Positions 8,915-17,787 of a DNA stretch of 32,000 nt are shown piece after piece. The stretch spans positions 30,001-62,000 of the forward strand of contig NJBF01000001.1 of assembly GCA_003144275.1 (NCBI GenBank), read 5' to 3'. The stretch's first letter is position 1; each line of letters opens with the position of its first letter. The notes under the pieces were generated by a model. It saw only the letters and a program-made list of their open reading frames with translations. It had not been told where the DNA came from and did no database searches. Source of the stretch: Candidatus Heimdallarchaeota archaeon B3_Heim. GTDB taxonomy: Archaea > Asgardarchaeota > Heimdallarchaeia > Hodarchaeales > Hodarchaeaceae. Both the position numbers and the translations under genes were made by a program.

Positions 8915-9703
8915 ATGAAGATTGAATTTATTGGAATACAAACGAAAATCATTACTACAAATGATAGAGATATTGTCCAGTTTGTTAGAAACGCACTGAG
9001 GGAAAATGAATGTGAACTTCAGGATAATGATTTTGTAATTATAGCTAGTAAAATTATTTCAACAGCAGAAGGGTGTCAATACAAAATTTCTGATATTAAG
9101 GACATTAGACAAGAAACTTATGAACTAGCACAAAAATCTCGACTCGACCCCCGATTTGTGGAACTAGTTTTTCGTGAATCAGATGAAATAATTGGTGCAG
9201 TACCAGGTGCAGTGCTTGCATTAAAAAATGGTATTCTTCAAGCAAATGCAGGGGTTGATCAGAGTAATTCGGGTGGTAAGGAATATTACATAACTTTACC
9301 TAGAGATCCTGCTGAAACTGCTAATAAAATTCATTTACAACTTGAAATCGAGTTGTCTGTCTCAATTGGAGTTATCATCGCTGATTCGAAGACCCATCCT
9401 TTACGTAGAGGTACATCTGGTTTTGCCCTAGGTGTCGCAGGATTTTCACCTATAATTGATGACCGAGGAACAATAGACCTTTTCAATCGAAAAATGAACA
9501 TAACTACAAGAGCTTTGGCTGATAACCTTGTTTGTGGAGCAGAAATATTAATGGGGGAATCAAATGAGCAGATCCCAATAGTTATCGCAAGAGGATATGA
9601 AAAGATGCCAGTACAAACAATAATAGATGTTTATGAGAATAATGAACAGATGAAAATGGATCCTGTTCAATGTATCTATATGGGCCCGCTCTGGAAGAAA
9701 TAA
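8915..9703 (+). CDS. cofE: Coenzyme F420-0:L-glutamate ligase family (CofE/FolC2-like)
   Basis: IASKIISTAEG, ANAGVDQSN, IIADSKTHPLRRG, DLFNRKMNIT, LMGESNEQIP. Confidence 0.9.
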   Translation: MKIEFIGIQTKIITTNDRDIVQFVRNALRENECELQDNDFVIIASKIISTAEGCQYKISDIKDIRQETYELAQKSRLDPRFVELVFRESDEIIGAVPGAVLALKNGILQANAGVDQSNSGGKEYYITLPRDPAETANKIHLQLEIELSVSIGVIIADSKTHPLRRGTSGFALGVAGFSPIIDDRGTIDLFNRKMNITTRALADNLVCGAEILMGESNEQIPIVIARGYEKMPVQTIIDVYENNEQMKMDPVQCIYMGPLWKK

Positions 9704-9710
9704 TTATTGA

Positions 9711-10592
9711 ATGGGATTAGAAATGCAAATAGTTGGTGAAATTGGAGGTATCTGTTTTGGAGATGGATATAAGACAATAGTCATGGGGGTCATGAATCTT
9801 TCACCTTCTTCTTTTTACAAAGGAAGTATTAAAAAAACTCCAAACGACATTCAGGAGAAAATTCTTGAGTTTGAAAACGAAGGGGTTGATATAATTGATG
9901 TGGGAGCAATTTCTAGTGCGCCCTCATTTATCTATAATTCTGTTGAGGATGAATCGGAATCTGTGGAATTAGAAAGATTAAAGGTATTTTTTGATGTAAT
10001 AGATGAAATAGGTTGCAATATTCCCATTTCTGTTGATACTCAATCCCATAAAACAGCCAAATTTGTGTTAAAATCCGGTGCATCCATGATTAATGATATT
10101 TCAGGTTTAAAATCCGATTCAATGATGGCAGATACAGTTTCTGATTATAACGCTTCCTTATCTGTAATGGCTTGCCAATTTCAACCAGGAGATGTATTTA
10201 AAATCCCTGATATAATAAATGAGTTGGAAAAAAGCAAAGAATTAGCAGTAAACGCTGGTATTTCACGAAAAAAGATAATAATAGATCCTGGATTAGGAGC
10301 TTGGGTACCAGAAAGAAATACAAAAAATGATTATATGATAATTAAACATTTAGAGAAAATGAGAGTTATAGACCAGCCTATATTGGTCGGTATTTCGCGA
10401 AAATCGTTTATTGGGGCTGTAATAGGGAAAACTTCCGAAGAACGATTGTGGGGATCCTTAAGTGCTACCTCCATTGCTATTTCAAATGGAGCTCACATTG
10501 TTCGAACACATGATGTTAGAGAAACCAAAGATGCATGTTTAGTAGCTGATTACCTAAAATTCCTAGATGAAAAAGAAACTTCTTATAAATGA
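9711..10592 (+). CDS. folP: Dihydropteroate synthase
   Basis: MGVMNLSPSSFY, IIDVGAIS, ISVDT, MINDISG, IIDPGLG, GISRKSFIG, IVRTHDV. Confidence 0.93.
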   Translation: MGLEMQIVGEIGGICFGDGYKTIVMGVMNLSPSSFYKGSIKKTPNDIQEKILEFENEGVDIIDVGAISSAPSFIYNSVEDESESVELERLKVFFDVIDEIGCNIPISVDTQSHKTAKFVLKSGASMINDISGLKSDSMMADTVSDYNASLSVMACQFQPGDVFKIPDIINELEKSKELAVNAGISRKKIIIDPGLGAWVPERNTKNDYMIIKHLEKMRVIDQPILVGISRKSFIGAVIGKTSEERLWGSLSATSIAISNGAHIVRTHDVRETKDACLVADYLKFLDEKETSYK

Positions 10593-10647
10593 TTCAGAGA
10601 TTGAATATATGATACATAATCTTAAAACTTCAACGTAGGTTTACACT

Positions 10648-11253
10648 TTGACCAATCTAGATGAATTCTTTGGGGATAATCAATCCCAAAATGTTGATGC
10701 GCTAATCGCAGTAACCAAAAAATTCTTTGTGTTTGTTTCACAATTGGCAGAAATTGTCGATGATCTGGAAAGAAAGTATGCTGAACTGGGTAGTAGAATT
10801 AGTCAGATTTCCCAACAACCTTCGGCTCCACCTCAGCTTTCTGCTCCAGGATTAACCCCTTCACCCCCTGTTTCTCAACCAATTGCTCCATCAGTTACTC
10901 CCTCCCCACCAACCGCGCCTCCACCAAGCTTACCTACTCCACCAGCGTTTCCAACTCCTCCATCGCCAGTACAAGCTCAACCATCAGAAGTACCTACACC
11001 TATTTCCGCAAACGCTCCCCCACAACCTGCTACACCCATGTCATCACCATCTAGTCTTCCACCCTTACCTGGACAATCACCTGGCCCTCCATCACCTGGT
11101 TTAGCCCCACCCGCTGTAGGTGGACAAATGGGAGGCGCACGGCCGCCTGCACCTCAGGCTCACCCATCCCCAATGAGTTTGAAAGCTCAAATGAATATGG
11201 AATTAAAGGAAGCCTTTTCTCGAATACGTAAGGGGTGGGATGAAGAGAAATAG
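10648..11253 (+). CDS. Coiled-coil / proline-rich protein with C-terminal amphipathic helix and WDEE tail
   Basis: 201 aa, TTG start; helical N-terminus, P/S/A-rich about aa 57-175, C-terminus SLKAQMNMELKEAFSRIRKGWDEEK. Confidence 0.8.
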   Translation: MTNLDEFFGDNQSQNVDALIAVTKKFFVFVSQLAEIVDDLERKYAELGSRISQISQQPSAPPQLSAPGLTPSPPVSQPIAPSVTPSPPTAPPPSLPTPPAFPTPPSPVQAQPSEVPTPISANAPPQPATPMSSPSSLPPLPGQSPGPPSPGLAPPAVGGQMGGARPPAPQAHPSPMSLKAQMNMELKEAFSRIRKGWDEEK

Positions 11254-11269
11254 ACAATAATGTTTGTTA

Positions 11270-12220
11270 TTACGTTCGTACACCATACAGCAAATTTGCT
11301 AACTCTCTTAGGTGTACTATCCCTCTTATTTCATATTCAAAAGAAGGAATTTCCTGTAAATCGAATTCATCATATAAATCTTTAATTTTGCCTAAATTTT
11401 TGAGCTGATCAGTATATCTATTCATGCAGTAAGTACAGTCAGGATTATCAGGTTGAAGTTGGTTAATGTATATTCGTTTAATAGGAAAAGCAACCTCAAA
11501 TAATGTACGAATTAATCTTTCAGTTTCCCAGATTGCCATGACGGTAGGAATTGTAACTGCGACAAACTCTGTCTCTTCATTGTTGCTAAGATGAGTTCTC
11601 GCAATCTCAACCTGATCTCTCAATTCCTCTAATTTATCAAAAGCATCCTGTTCATCAAGATCTGTTCCACCACCAATAAGAGATTTAAATCCACTCATCA
11701 GTCCCCCAATACGACGGCGCATTTTTATCAATCGAAATAACCAATTTTGGGTCAATTCTGGTAATTGTAGAAGTTTTAATGTGTGTCCAGTTGGCGCGGT
11801 ATCGAAAACAACAATATCATACTCGGGGTTCTGAATAAATTCTAACAACTGGATAAATGCGACTGTTTCGTCAGTACCTGGAGGGGAGAGAGAATTAGCA
11901 TCTCCATCTCCTAATAATTCGTTGAAAGCGCCTGTTGGATCTTGCTGGCTTATCATTTCTGAATATGTACTCATTGCCTTATCAGTACTCAGTTCAATCG
12001 CCCATAAATTATCAACATTATTTACCTTTACATAATCGTCTCCACCTATCTGTTGATCTAAACTATCAGATACAGAATGAGCTGGGTCAGTTGAAACTAA
12101 TAATGTATTGTGACCTAAATCTGCAGCTCGGATAGCTGTTGCTGCGGCCATTGTGGTCTTTCCAACACCCCCTTTCCCTCCAAAAAATAAAAAATGTTTG
12201 CTAAATATTGAATTTGACAT
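11270..12220 (-). CDS. arsA: Get3/TRC40/ArsA family ATPase (single-domain, Get3-like)
   Basis: GGKGGVGKTT, STDPAHS, PPGTDE, FDTAPTGHT, Met/Gly-rich helical insert, C-terminal CTYC (CxxC). Confidence 0.93.
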   Translation of the reverse strand: MSNSIFSKHFLFFGGKGGVGKTTMAAATAIRAADLGHNTLLVSTDPAHSVSDSLDQQIGGDDYVKVNNVDNLWAIELSTDKAMSTYSEMISQQDPTGAFNELLGDGDANSLSPPGTDETVAFIQLLEFIQNPEYDIVVFDTAPTGHTLKLLQLPELTQNWLFRLIKMRRRIGGLMSGFKSLIGGGTDLDEQDAFDKLEELRDQVEIARTHLSNNEETEFVAVTIPTVMAIWETERLIRTLFEVAFPIKRIYINQLQPDNPDCTYCMNRYTDQLKNLGKIKDLYDEFDLQEIPSFEYEIRGIVHLRELANLLYGVRT

Positions 12221-12468
12221 AAAAGGGGAGGTTAGGGAACTAAAACAAGAATCTTTTGTTGAGAACTAATTTCGAATGAGTCCTCTAGAGCTTGATCTCA
12301 GACAGGGTTTTACATCAGGGGGTGTTTCTTTTGTCTTTCAAAATGAATTTATCTTTTCTGATCGGTCATGTGAACACAAATGACAACATTTGATATCATT
12401 TGTAATAACCCTAAGATTTAACAAGACTTTCAAATTGGGAATAATTATACCTATTTTAGGCGATATTT

Positions 12469-13074
12469 ATGTGGGCTGTACCTAAAAGGTCTCAACTTGC
12501 TAGAAAGATAATTATAAGCTTTGTTTTTGCTATCCTCTGCTTTAATTTTTTATCAGTGCAGGTTCAGGCATCTCCATCAAAAACAATAAATGTTTCTAAC
12601 ACATATCCTAGCATATTTGTTACCAAAGTTGTTGATCTTACAGAAGTTACATTAAATGATTCATTTGTTGTAACGATTACGATTAGGAATATAGGTAATA
12701 GCACAGCATATAATGTTACCTTTATTGATACTTTAAACGCTCCTTGGGTTTTTGACGTGGTTGGTTTGACAAAAATTTCTTACAGCTGGATTGAACCTAA
12801 TCAAACACGTATATTTAGTTATATAGTTACTGCCCTATCCTTAGGAGAGTTTCAACTTCATTCTGCACGAGTTTACTACCGTATATCCGATCTAGCAGAT
12901 ACTGAGTTCCTAGCTTTTAGTAATTCATTGGATATTGCTGTAACTAAGGCAGAAGAAGATCTTTCGTTGGCAGACCTCAATTCTGCTATAACCTTCTTAC
13001 TCATTCTATTTATTCTCAACACAATTCTTACATTACGATTTGTAGCACCGAAGTTAAATCGAAAGAAACCTTGA
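12469..13074 (+). CDS. Single-pass Ig-fold membrane protein, TRAP-beta (SSR2)/DUF11/BatD-like
   Basis: Signal peptide ending VQA; IFVTK...TITIRNIGNSTAYNVTFID...IEPNQTRIFSYIV...GEFQLHSARVYY; C-terminal TM helix and basic tail. Confidence 0.7.
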   Translation: MWAVPKRSQLARKIIISFVFAILCFNFLSVQVQASPSKTINVSNTYPSIFVTKVVDLTEVTLNDSFVVTITIRNIGNSTAYNVTFIDTLNAPWVFDVVGLTKISYSWIEPNQTRIFSYIVTALSLGEFQLHSARVYYRISDLADTEFLAFSNSLDIAVTKAEEDLSLADLNSAITFLLILFILNTILTLRFVAPKLNRKKP

Positions 13075-13110
13075 TTTTACTTTTAGGGTTGCTAAATCGG
13101 AGAAAGAAAA

Positions 13111-13659
13111 ATGGATACTCCCGTCCCAGCTCTATTAGTGGATAAGCATGTTATTGTTTGGAATCATGAGCTTGGAAGTTATATCTATCAATTAGGTTAT
13201 TTTGGATCACCAGTTGGGATAAGAAAACCAAAATCTCCGAGATTTGAACGGCCTCTTGAACTAACTTTACTGGAAGCTGCGTTTCTTTTAAAAAAAAATA
13301 TAATTCGAATCTCCGAGAATGATCAAGAGATCTCTCATGATCAGTTCCTAACGATCTGTAAAGAACGTTTTGCTAAATTTGAGGATTTATACGCGGTTTA
13401 TAAGAATCTGCGGGACAAGAGATACATCGTACGCCCTGGACTTAAATTTGGAACTGATTTTTCCGTATACCGCAGGGGTCCAGGAATTGATCATGCGCCA
13501 TTTCTCGTCTCTATCTTTCCAAAAGAATCGACTATCGAACCTATAGATTTAGTCAGAGCTGGAAGATTAGCCACGTCAGTTCGCAAACGCTATGTTATAG
13601 CCACCGTCTTATCAGATCAACAAATTAGATATTATGTATTTCAGTGGAATAGACCATAA
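13111..13659 (+). CDS. endA: tRNA-intron lyase (splicing endonuclease), catalytic subunit
   Basis: PLELTLLEAAFL, VYKNLRDKRYIVRPGLKFGTDFSVY, DHAPFLV, ATSVRK; Tyr/His/Lys triad present. Confidence 0.95.
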   Translation: MDTPVPALLVDKHVIVWNHELGSYIYQLGYFGSPVGIRKPKSPRFERPLELTLLEAAFLLKKNIIRISENDQEISHDQFLTICKERFAKFEDLYAVYKNLRDKRYIVRPGLKFGTDFSVYRRGPGIDHAPFLVSIFPKESTIEPIDLVRAGRLATSVRKRYVIATVLSDQQIRYYVFQWNRP

Positions 13660-13668
13660 ACCAGCAAA

Positions 13669-14358
13669 TTACTCAAACGCGATTGAATAAATGCCGACTT
13701 GAGGTTCAAAGAATTCACCAGACTCCAATAATTCTGTAATTGCATCATAAATTTGCGCCTCATCAATATTTGGTAGTTTTACAACAATGTTGTCCATTGT
13801 AACACCATTTCCTTGGTCTAATTGTTTGACAAGCGTTTTTAGTTTATTTTTTAAATCTTCTAGTGATGCAACACCAAGATCAATTCCTTCAACGACCGCA
13901 GATTTTACTTTGATCTCTGTATCAATGTGTTGGCGCTGTTGAACAATTTTTAATTTGTGATATGTAAACCAATTATCATCCTTGATATTTTCTACAATAT
14001 CAGGAGTAATAAAAACATCTACTGTATCGTCTCGTTCAGAAATTTGAATTTGCCCAAGTATTTCGACTTTATCCCACTGAGAAATAGATTCGATACTACC
14101 ATCCCAAGCTTTTACCATTGTAGCTCCACTCCCGTCTTCAGTTTTTAATCCAACATAATTATTTTCTCCCTCGTATTTCTCAGTTACAACACCAACTATC
14201 CATATCCGGAACAGAGTTGATCCATCAGCAGTGATTAAACGCCAACGTTCTTCACTATCCTTTGTAACTTCTGCACTATTTATGTTCTGAATTTTGACTC
14301 GTTTATAGGGAGATCGTCTTTTCATCTGTATTCTCTCATATATTCTGAGTTTATTCAA
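13669..14358 (-). CDS. RPA32/RPA2-like OB-fold + winged helix single-stranded DNA binding subunit
   Basis: Likely start ATG at 14325 (MKRRSPYKRVKI); RIWIVGVV...EDGSG...VEILGQI OB fold; C-terminal winged helix (IYDAITELLESGEFFEP). Confidence 0.85.
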   Translation of the reverse strand: MNKLRIYERIQMKRRSPYKRVKIQNINSAEVTKDSEERWRLITADGSTLFRIWIVGVVTEKYEGENNYVGLKTEDGSGATMVKAWDGSIESISQWDKVEILGQIQISERDDTVDVFITPDIVENIKDDNWFTYHKLKIVQQRQHIDTEIKVKSAVVEGIDLGVASLEDLKNKLKTLVKQLDQGNGVTMDNIVVKLPNIDEAQIYDAITELLESGEFFEPQVGIYSIAFE

Positions 14359-14836
14359 CCCAAGACTTGTTAATTAGATCAAATGATACGTAGTCTTCAT
14401 TTTCAAATAGTACACCTAACTCATATAGTGCCCTTTCAGGTTTATCTGACGAATGAACAATATTTTTTGTTAAATCAATACCCAAATCACCACGGATAGT
14501 TCCAGGTTCAGCTTCAGGTGAGTTAGTCGCTCCCGCTAATTTTCTTACGATCTTAACGCAATTTTTTCCTTGAATTGAGATAGTAACTAAAGGACCTGAA
14601 AGAATAAAAGATTTCAGTAGTGGATAAAAACCTTTTTCAACATGAATGTCATATAATTTATCTACATCATCCTCTGTCAATTTAATCATTTTTAAAGCAT
14701 TTATCTTTAAACCCTTTCTTTCAATGCGGGAAATAATTTCTCCTATTAAACCTCTCTGCACTGCGTCTGGTTTAATTACCAATAATGTATTTTCTGTCAT
14801 TTTTTCACACGATTCCTCAGTCACTTCGAGATTCAT
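14351..14836 (-). CDS. ndk: Nucleoside diphosphate kinase
   Basis: TLLVIKPDAVQRGLIGEIISR, SGPLV, GATN, PGTIRGD, NIVHSSD; likely start ATG at 14800. Confidence 0.97.
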   Translation of the reverse strand: MNLEVTEESCEKMTENTLLVIKPDAVQRGLIGEIISRIERKGLKINALKMIKLTEDDVDKLYDIHVEKGFYPLLKSFILSGPLVTISIQGKNCVKIVRKLAGATNSPEAEPGTIRGDLGIDLTKNIVHSSDKPERALYELGVLFENEDYVSFDLINKSWVE

Positions 14837-15042
14837 TTGAAATCTTATTGAATGGGAAGAAATGATACTGGTCTTATGAAGATACTGTAAAGGAGAAGAT
14901 GTTATCTTTTTACTGGTTATTGTCTTAAATCAAATTAAAGGTCGAACTAATTAAATAGGGTACTTGTTTTCAACTATAATAACAAATTGGCTTTTTTTGA
15001 TAAATTAAATCACATATCACTTCTCGATTTAAAATCTAGAAA

Positions 15043-15102
15043 AATAATAGTATCACGTAAAAAATGGAAATCAATAATAATATCACGTAAAAAATGGAAA
15101 TC
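15043..15102 (+). repeat. Two tandem copies of a 30-bp unit
   Basis: AATAATAGTATCACGTAAAAAATGGAAATC then AATAATAATATCACGTAAAAAATGGAAATC, one mismatch, no spacer. Confidence 0.9.
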
Positions 15103-15178
15103 ACTTCGATAAGACTTAATTCTCAATACAGGTCAAAGGAATTTCTAATATTTGAATTTTCGTTATTTAAAATGAAAG

Positions 15179-17611
15179 GTGGAAATAATGTTCACAACTT
15201 TTTTGGATTTAGAGCTCATTGAACAGCTTACCCTACTTGTCGTAATTGGTGTTGCCATTATTGCGTTTATCTACTCATGGTGGCTACGTAAAGATGTTCT
15301 CAGCCATGATAAAGGGTCTGAAGAAATGCAACAGGTATGGGAAGCTATCAATGAAGGAGCAAATGCTTATCTGAAACGACAACTCAAAACAATTCTTCCT
15401 ATAGTGCTAATTCTTACGATAGCGCTGTTTTTCAGTGTGTACCTAGTTGAACCCACTGAAGCAGCGAGAGATGAATTTGTTGGACTCGATCCAGTACTAA
15501 TGGTTGCAATAGGACGTACTATAGCATTCATAATGGGAGCATCGTTCTCAATGATGGTAGGTCAATTTGGTATGCGTATTGCAGTTCAAGGAAATCTAAG
15601 AGTAGCTGCTACAGCATCACAGACTACCGATGAATATGGTAACCCAATAGATGTAGGACAGAGATATAGTAAAGCTCTTTCTGTTGCTTATCATGCTGGA
15701 ACTGTTACAGGGATGCTAACCGATGGTTTTGGACTATTGGGTGGTACTCTCATATTTATTATCTTTGGACAGGCAGCACCTGATGCGTTACTTGGTTTTG
15801 GGTTCGGTGGAACCATTCTAGCTCTATTCATGAGAGTTGGAGGAGGTATTTACACTAAAGCTGCTGATGTAGGAGCAGATCTCGTTGGCAAGGTCGAAAA
15901 AGATATTCCAGAAGATGATCCTCGAAATGCTGGGGTCATTGCTGATTTAGTTGGAGATAATGTAGGCGACTGCGCTGGTATGGCTGCAGATATTTTTGAG
16001 TCGTACGAAGTAACCATTGTTTCTTCCTTAATATTAGGACTAGTGCTTTTTCATATAGATGGACGAATCGTTTGGATTATGTTTCCATTAATAGTCCGAG
16101 CTGTGGGCGTAATCAGTTCGATTGTAGGTACTTATGCAGTCGCATTATGGAAAACACCTGATGCAGAAAAAGCTATGTTCCAATCCTATGAGATTTCTAG
16201 CGCTATCACGATTATTACTTCGATGTTCATAGCTACATTTTATGCTGGTGACTGGAGACTCGGCTTCCTAATAGCTGTAGGAGTCTTACTTGCAGTCTCT
16301 TTCAATCCAATTACAGCTCGTTTCACTGCAAAAGCTGGAGGACCAGTTGTAGAGGTATTTGAATCAACTGAAGGAGGGCCAGCAACTACTATTCTAAGCG
16401 GTTTAGCATTAGGTTATGAAAGCAGTGTATGGGCGGTTGTTGCTATCTCTATATCTTTCATTTTTGCGATCATAACTTATGCGATTTTCCCTGATAATAC
16501 AGGATTGCCCCTTATTGATGGATTATCTAATAATCTGACTGTTTTGCCAGAACATGTAGGGGAAGCTATTCTTTACGGAATTGCATTAATAGGCATTGGT
16601 ATGCTCTCTCATACAGGGAATAACGTTGCAATGGATTCCTTTGGACCAATTAGCGACAATGCTCAAGGTATCGCTGAAATGACTGGTATGGACGAAGAAT
16701 CGAGACATGTCTTAGAAGAATTAGATGCAGTTGGAAATACTACGAAAGCGATTACAAAAGGTGTCGCAATCGCGTCTGCAGTTATTGCTTCGGTAAGCCT
16801 TTTTGCATCTTTTGTAGTAGACGTTGGACGCGTTGCCACTAATTTGGGAATTCCCAGTCCGCTCGCAAATGGATTACGTATCAACATACCCGCAGTATTT
16901 GTAGGTCTTCTTATTGGAGCTGCACTTCCATGGCTTTTTTCAGCTTTCAATATCAGAGCCGTAAATCGGGCAGCTGGTCAAACAATCCGAGAAGTTCGTC
17001 GACAATTTAAAATTCCAGGGATTATGGAAGGTACTAAGAAACCTAATTATGGAAAAGTTGTGAATATTGTAACGGCGGCAGCTCAAAAGGAACTGATCAG
17101 CTTAACAATAATTGCAGTCAGTGTACCTATTTTCATGGCAATATTCTTTTCAATCGCCCTTGGACAAGTAAACAATCCTGGTTTAATCGGGTCTGGTGTT
17201 GAAGTACTAGGTGGTTTTCAAGCAGGAATAATTGTTAGTGGACAATTATTAGCAGTTTACATGTCTAATGCTGGTGGAGCATGGGATAACGCCAAGAAAG
17301 CTATCGAAGACGAGCCTAGAGACTTAGAAAAGAATACAGGTAAGGGATCAGAACGTCACAAGGCTGGTGTCGTTGGAGACACAGTCGGTGACCCATTGAA
17401 AGATACAGCTGGTCCAGCGTTGAATCCTATGATAAAAGTAATTAACCTGATTAGTCTTATTATTGCTCCGCTGTTAGTTCAATCTTCTCAGGATTCTACA
17501 CTACAGATGATTTTAGCAGCTGTCGGTGCATTACTTTTCGTGGCTTTTGTCTGGGCTTATTTGAAAAGTTCCCGAAAATCGGCAATAGTTTTTGACACTG
17601 AAGATGAATAA
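15179..17611 (+). CDS. hppA: Membrane-bound H+-translocating pyrophosphatase, K+-independent type
   Basis: GGGIYTKAADVGADLVGKVE, EDDPRN, DNVGD, DSFGPISDNA, DAVGNTTKA, GGAWDNAKK, GDTVGDPLKDTAGP; likely start ATG at 15188. Confidence 0.96.
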   Translation: MEIMFTTFLDLELIEQLTLLVVIGVAIIAFIYSWWLRKDVLSHDKGSEEMQQVWEAINEGANAYLKRQLKTILPIVLILTIALFFSVYLVEPTEAARDEFVGLDPVLMVAIGRTIAFIMGASFSMMVGQFGMRIAVQGNLRVAATASQTTDEYGNPIDVGQRYSKALSVAYHAGTVTGMLTDGFGLLGGTLIFIIFGQAAPDALLGFGFGGTILALFMRVGGGIYTKAADVGADLVGKVEKDIPEDDPRNAGVIADLVGDNVGDCAGMAADIFESYEVTIVSSLILGLVLFHIDGRIVWIMFPLIVRAVGVISSIVGTYAVALWKTPDAEKAMFQSYEISSAITIITSMFIATFYAGDWRLGFLIAVGVLLAVSFNPITARFTAKAGGPVVEVFESTEGGPATTILSGLALGYESSVWAVVAISISFIFAIITYAIFPDNTGLPLIDGLSNNLTVLPEHVGEAILYGIALIGIGMLSHTGNNVAMDSFGPISDNAQGIAEMTGMDEESRHVLEELDAVGNTTKAITKGVAIASAVIASVSLFASFVVDVGRVATNLGIPSPLANGLRINIPAVFVGLLIGAALPWLFSAFNIRAVNRAAGQTIREVRRQFKIPGIMEGTKKPNYGKVVNIVTAAAQKELISLTIIAVSVPIFMAIFFSIALGQVNNPGLIGSGVEVLGGFQAGIIVSGQLLAVYMSNAGGAWDNAKKAIEDEPRDLEKNTGKGSERHKAGVVGDTVGDPLKDTAGPALNPMIKVINLISLIIAPLLVQSSQDSTLQMILAAVGALLFVAFVWAYLKSSRKSAIVFDTEDE

Positions 17612-17632
17612 ACTTCAAACTCCCCTGAAGTA

Positions 17633-17662
17633 TTCATCCTCCCTTTTTTTTCCTTTTTTTAT
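17633..17662 (+). terminator. Oligo-T terminator after hppA
   Basis: Two runs of 8 T separated by CC about 30 nt after the hppA stop. Confidence 0.6.
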
Positions 17663-17787
17663 TGCTTTAGTCAATTCTCGAAACATACTCTCACTTGGAA
17701 AGACTCAATAGTCTAATAAACAAAGCCTTTAATGATTCTATTTTCGGTATAGCTGAACTAAGGTCAGTGGAAAGAGGTACTGGATAA

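Noticed and set aside
8714-8941. 75-aa minus-strand ORF in the KaiC-like/cofE gap
   Set aside because: Overlaps the cofE start, no RBS or motif; probably a divergent promoter region.
10883-11257. His/Leu-rich plus ORF and a minus ORF over the proline-rich gene
   Set aside because: Alternate-frame products of CCN-rich codons.
12296-12325. CTGATG...CTGA on the minus strand (C/D-like) and ACATCAGGG shared with 4107-4115
   Set aside because: No complete C/D'/C'/D layout; a shared 9-mer is expected by chance.
15043-15102. CRISPR array
   Set aside because: Only two abutting copies, no spacers, no cas genes.
16663-16950. 95-aa minus-strand ORF
   Set aside because: Antisense to hppA.
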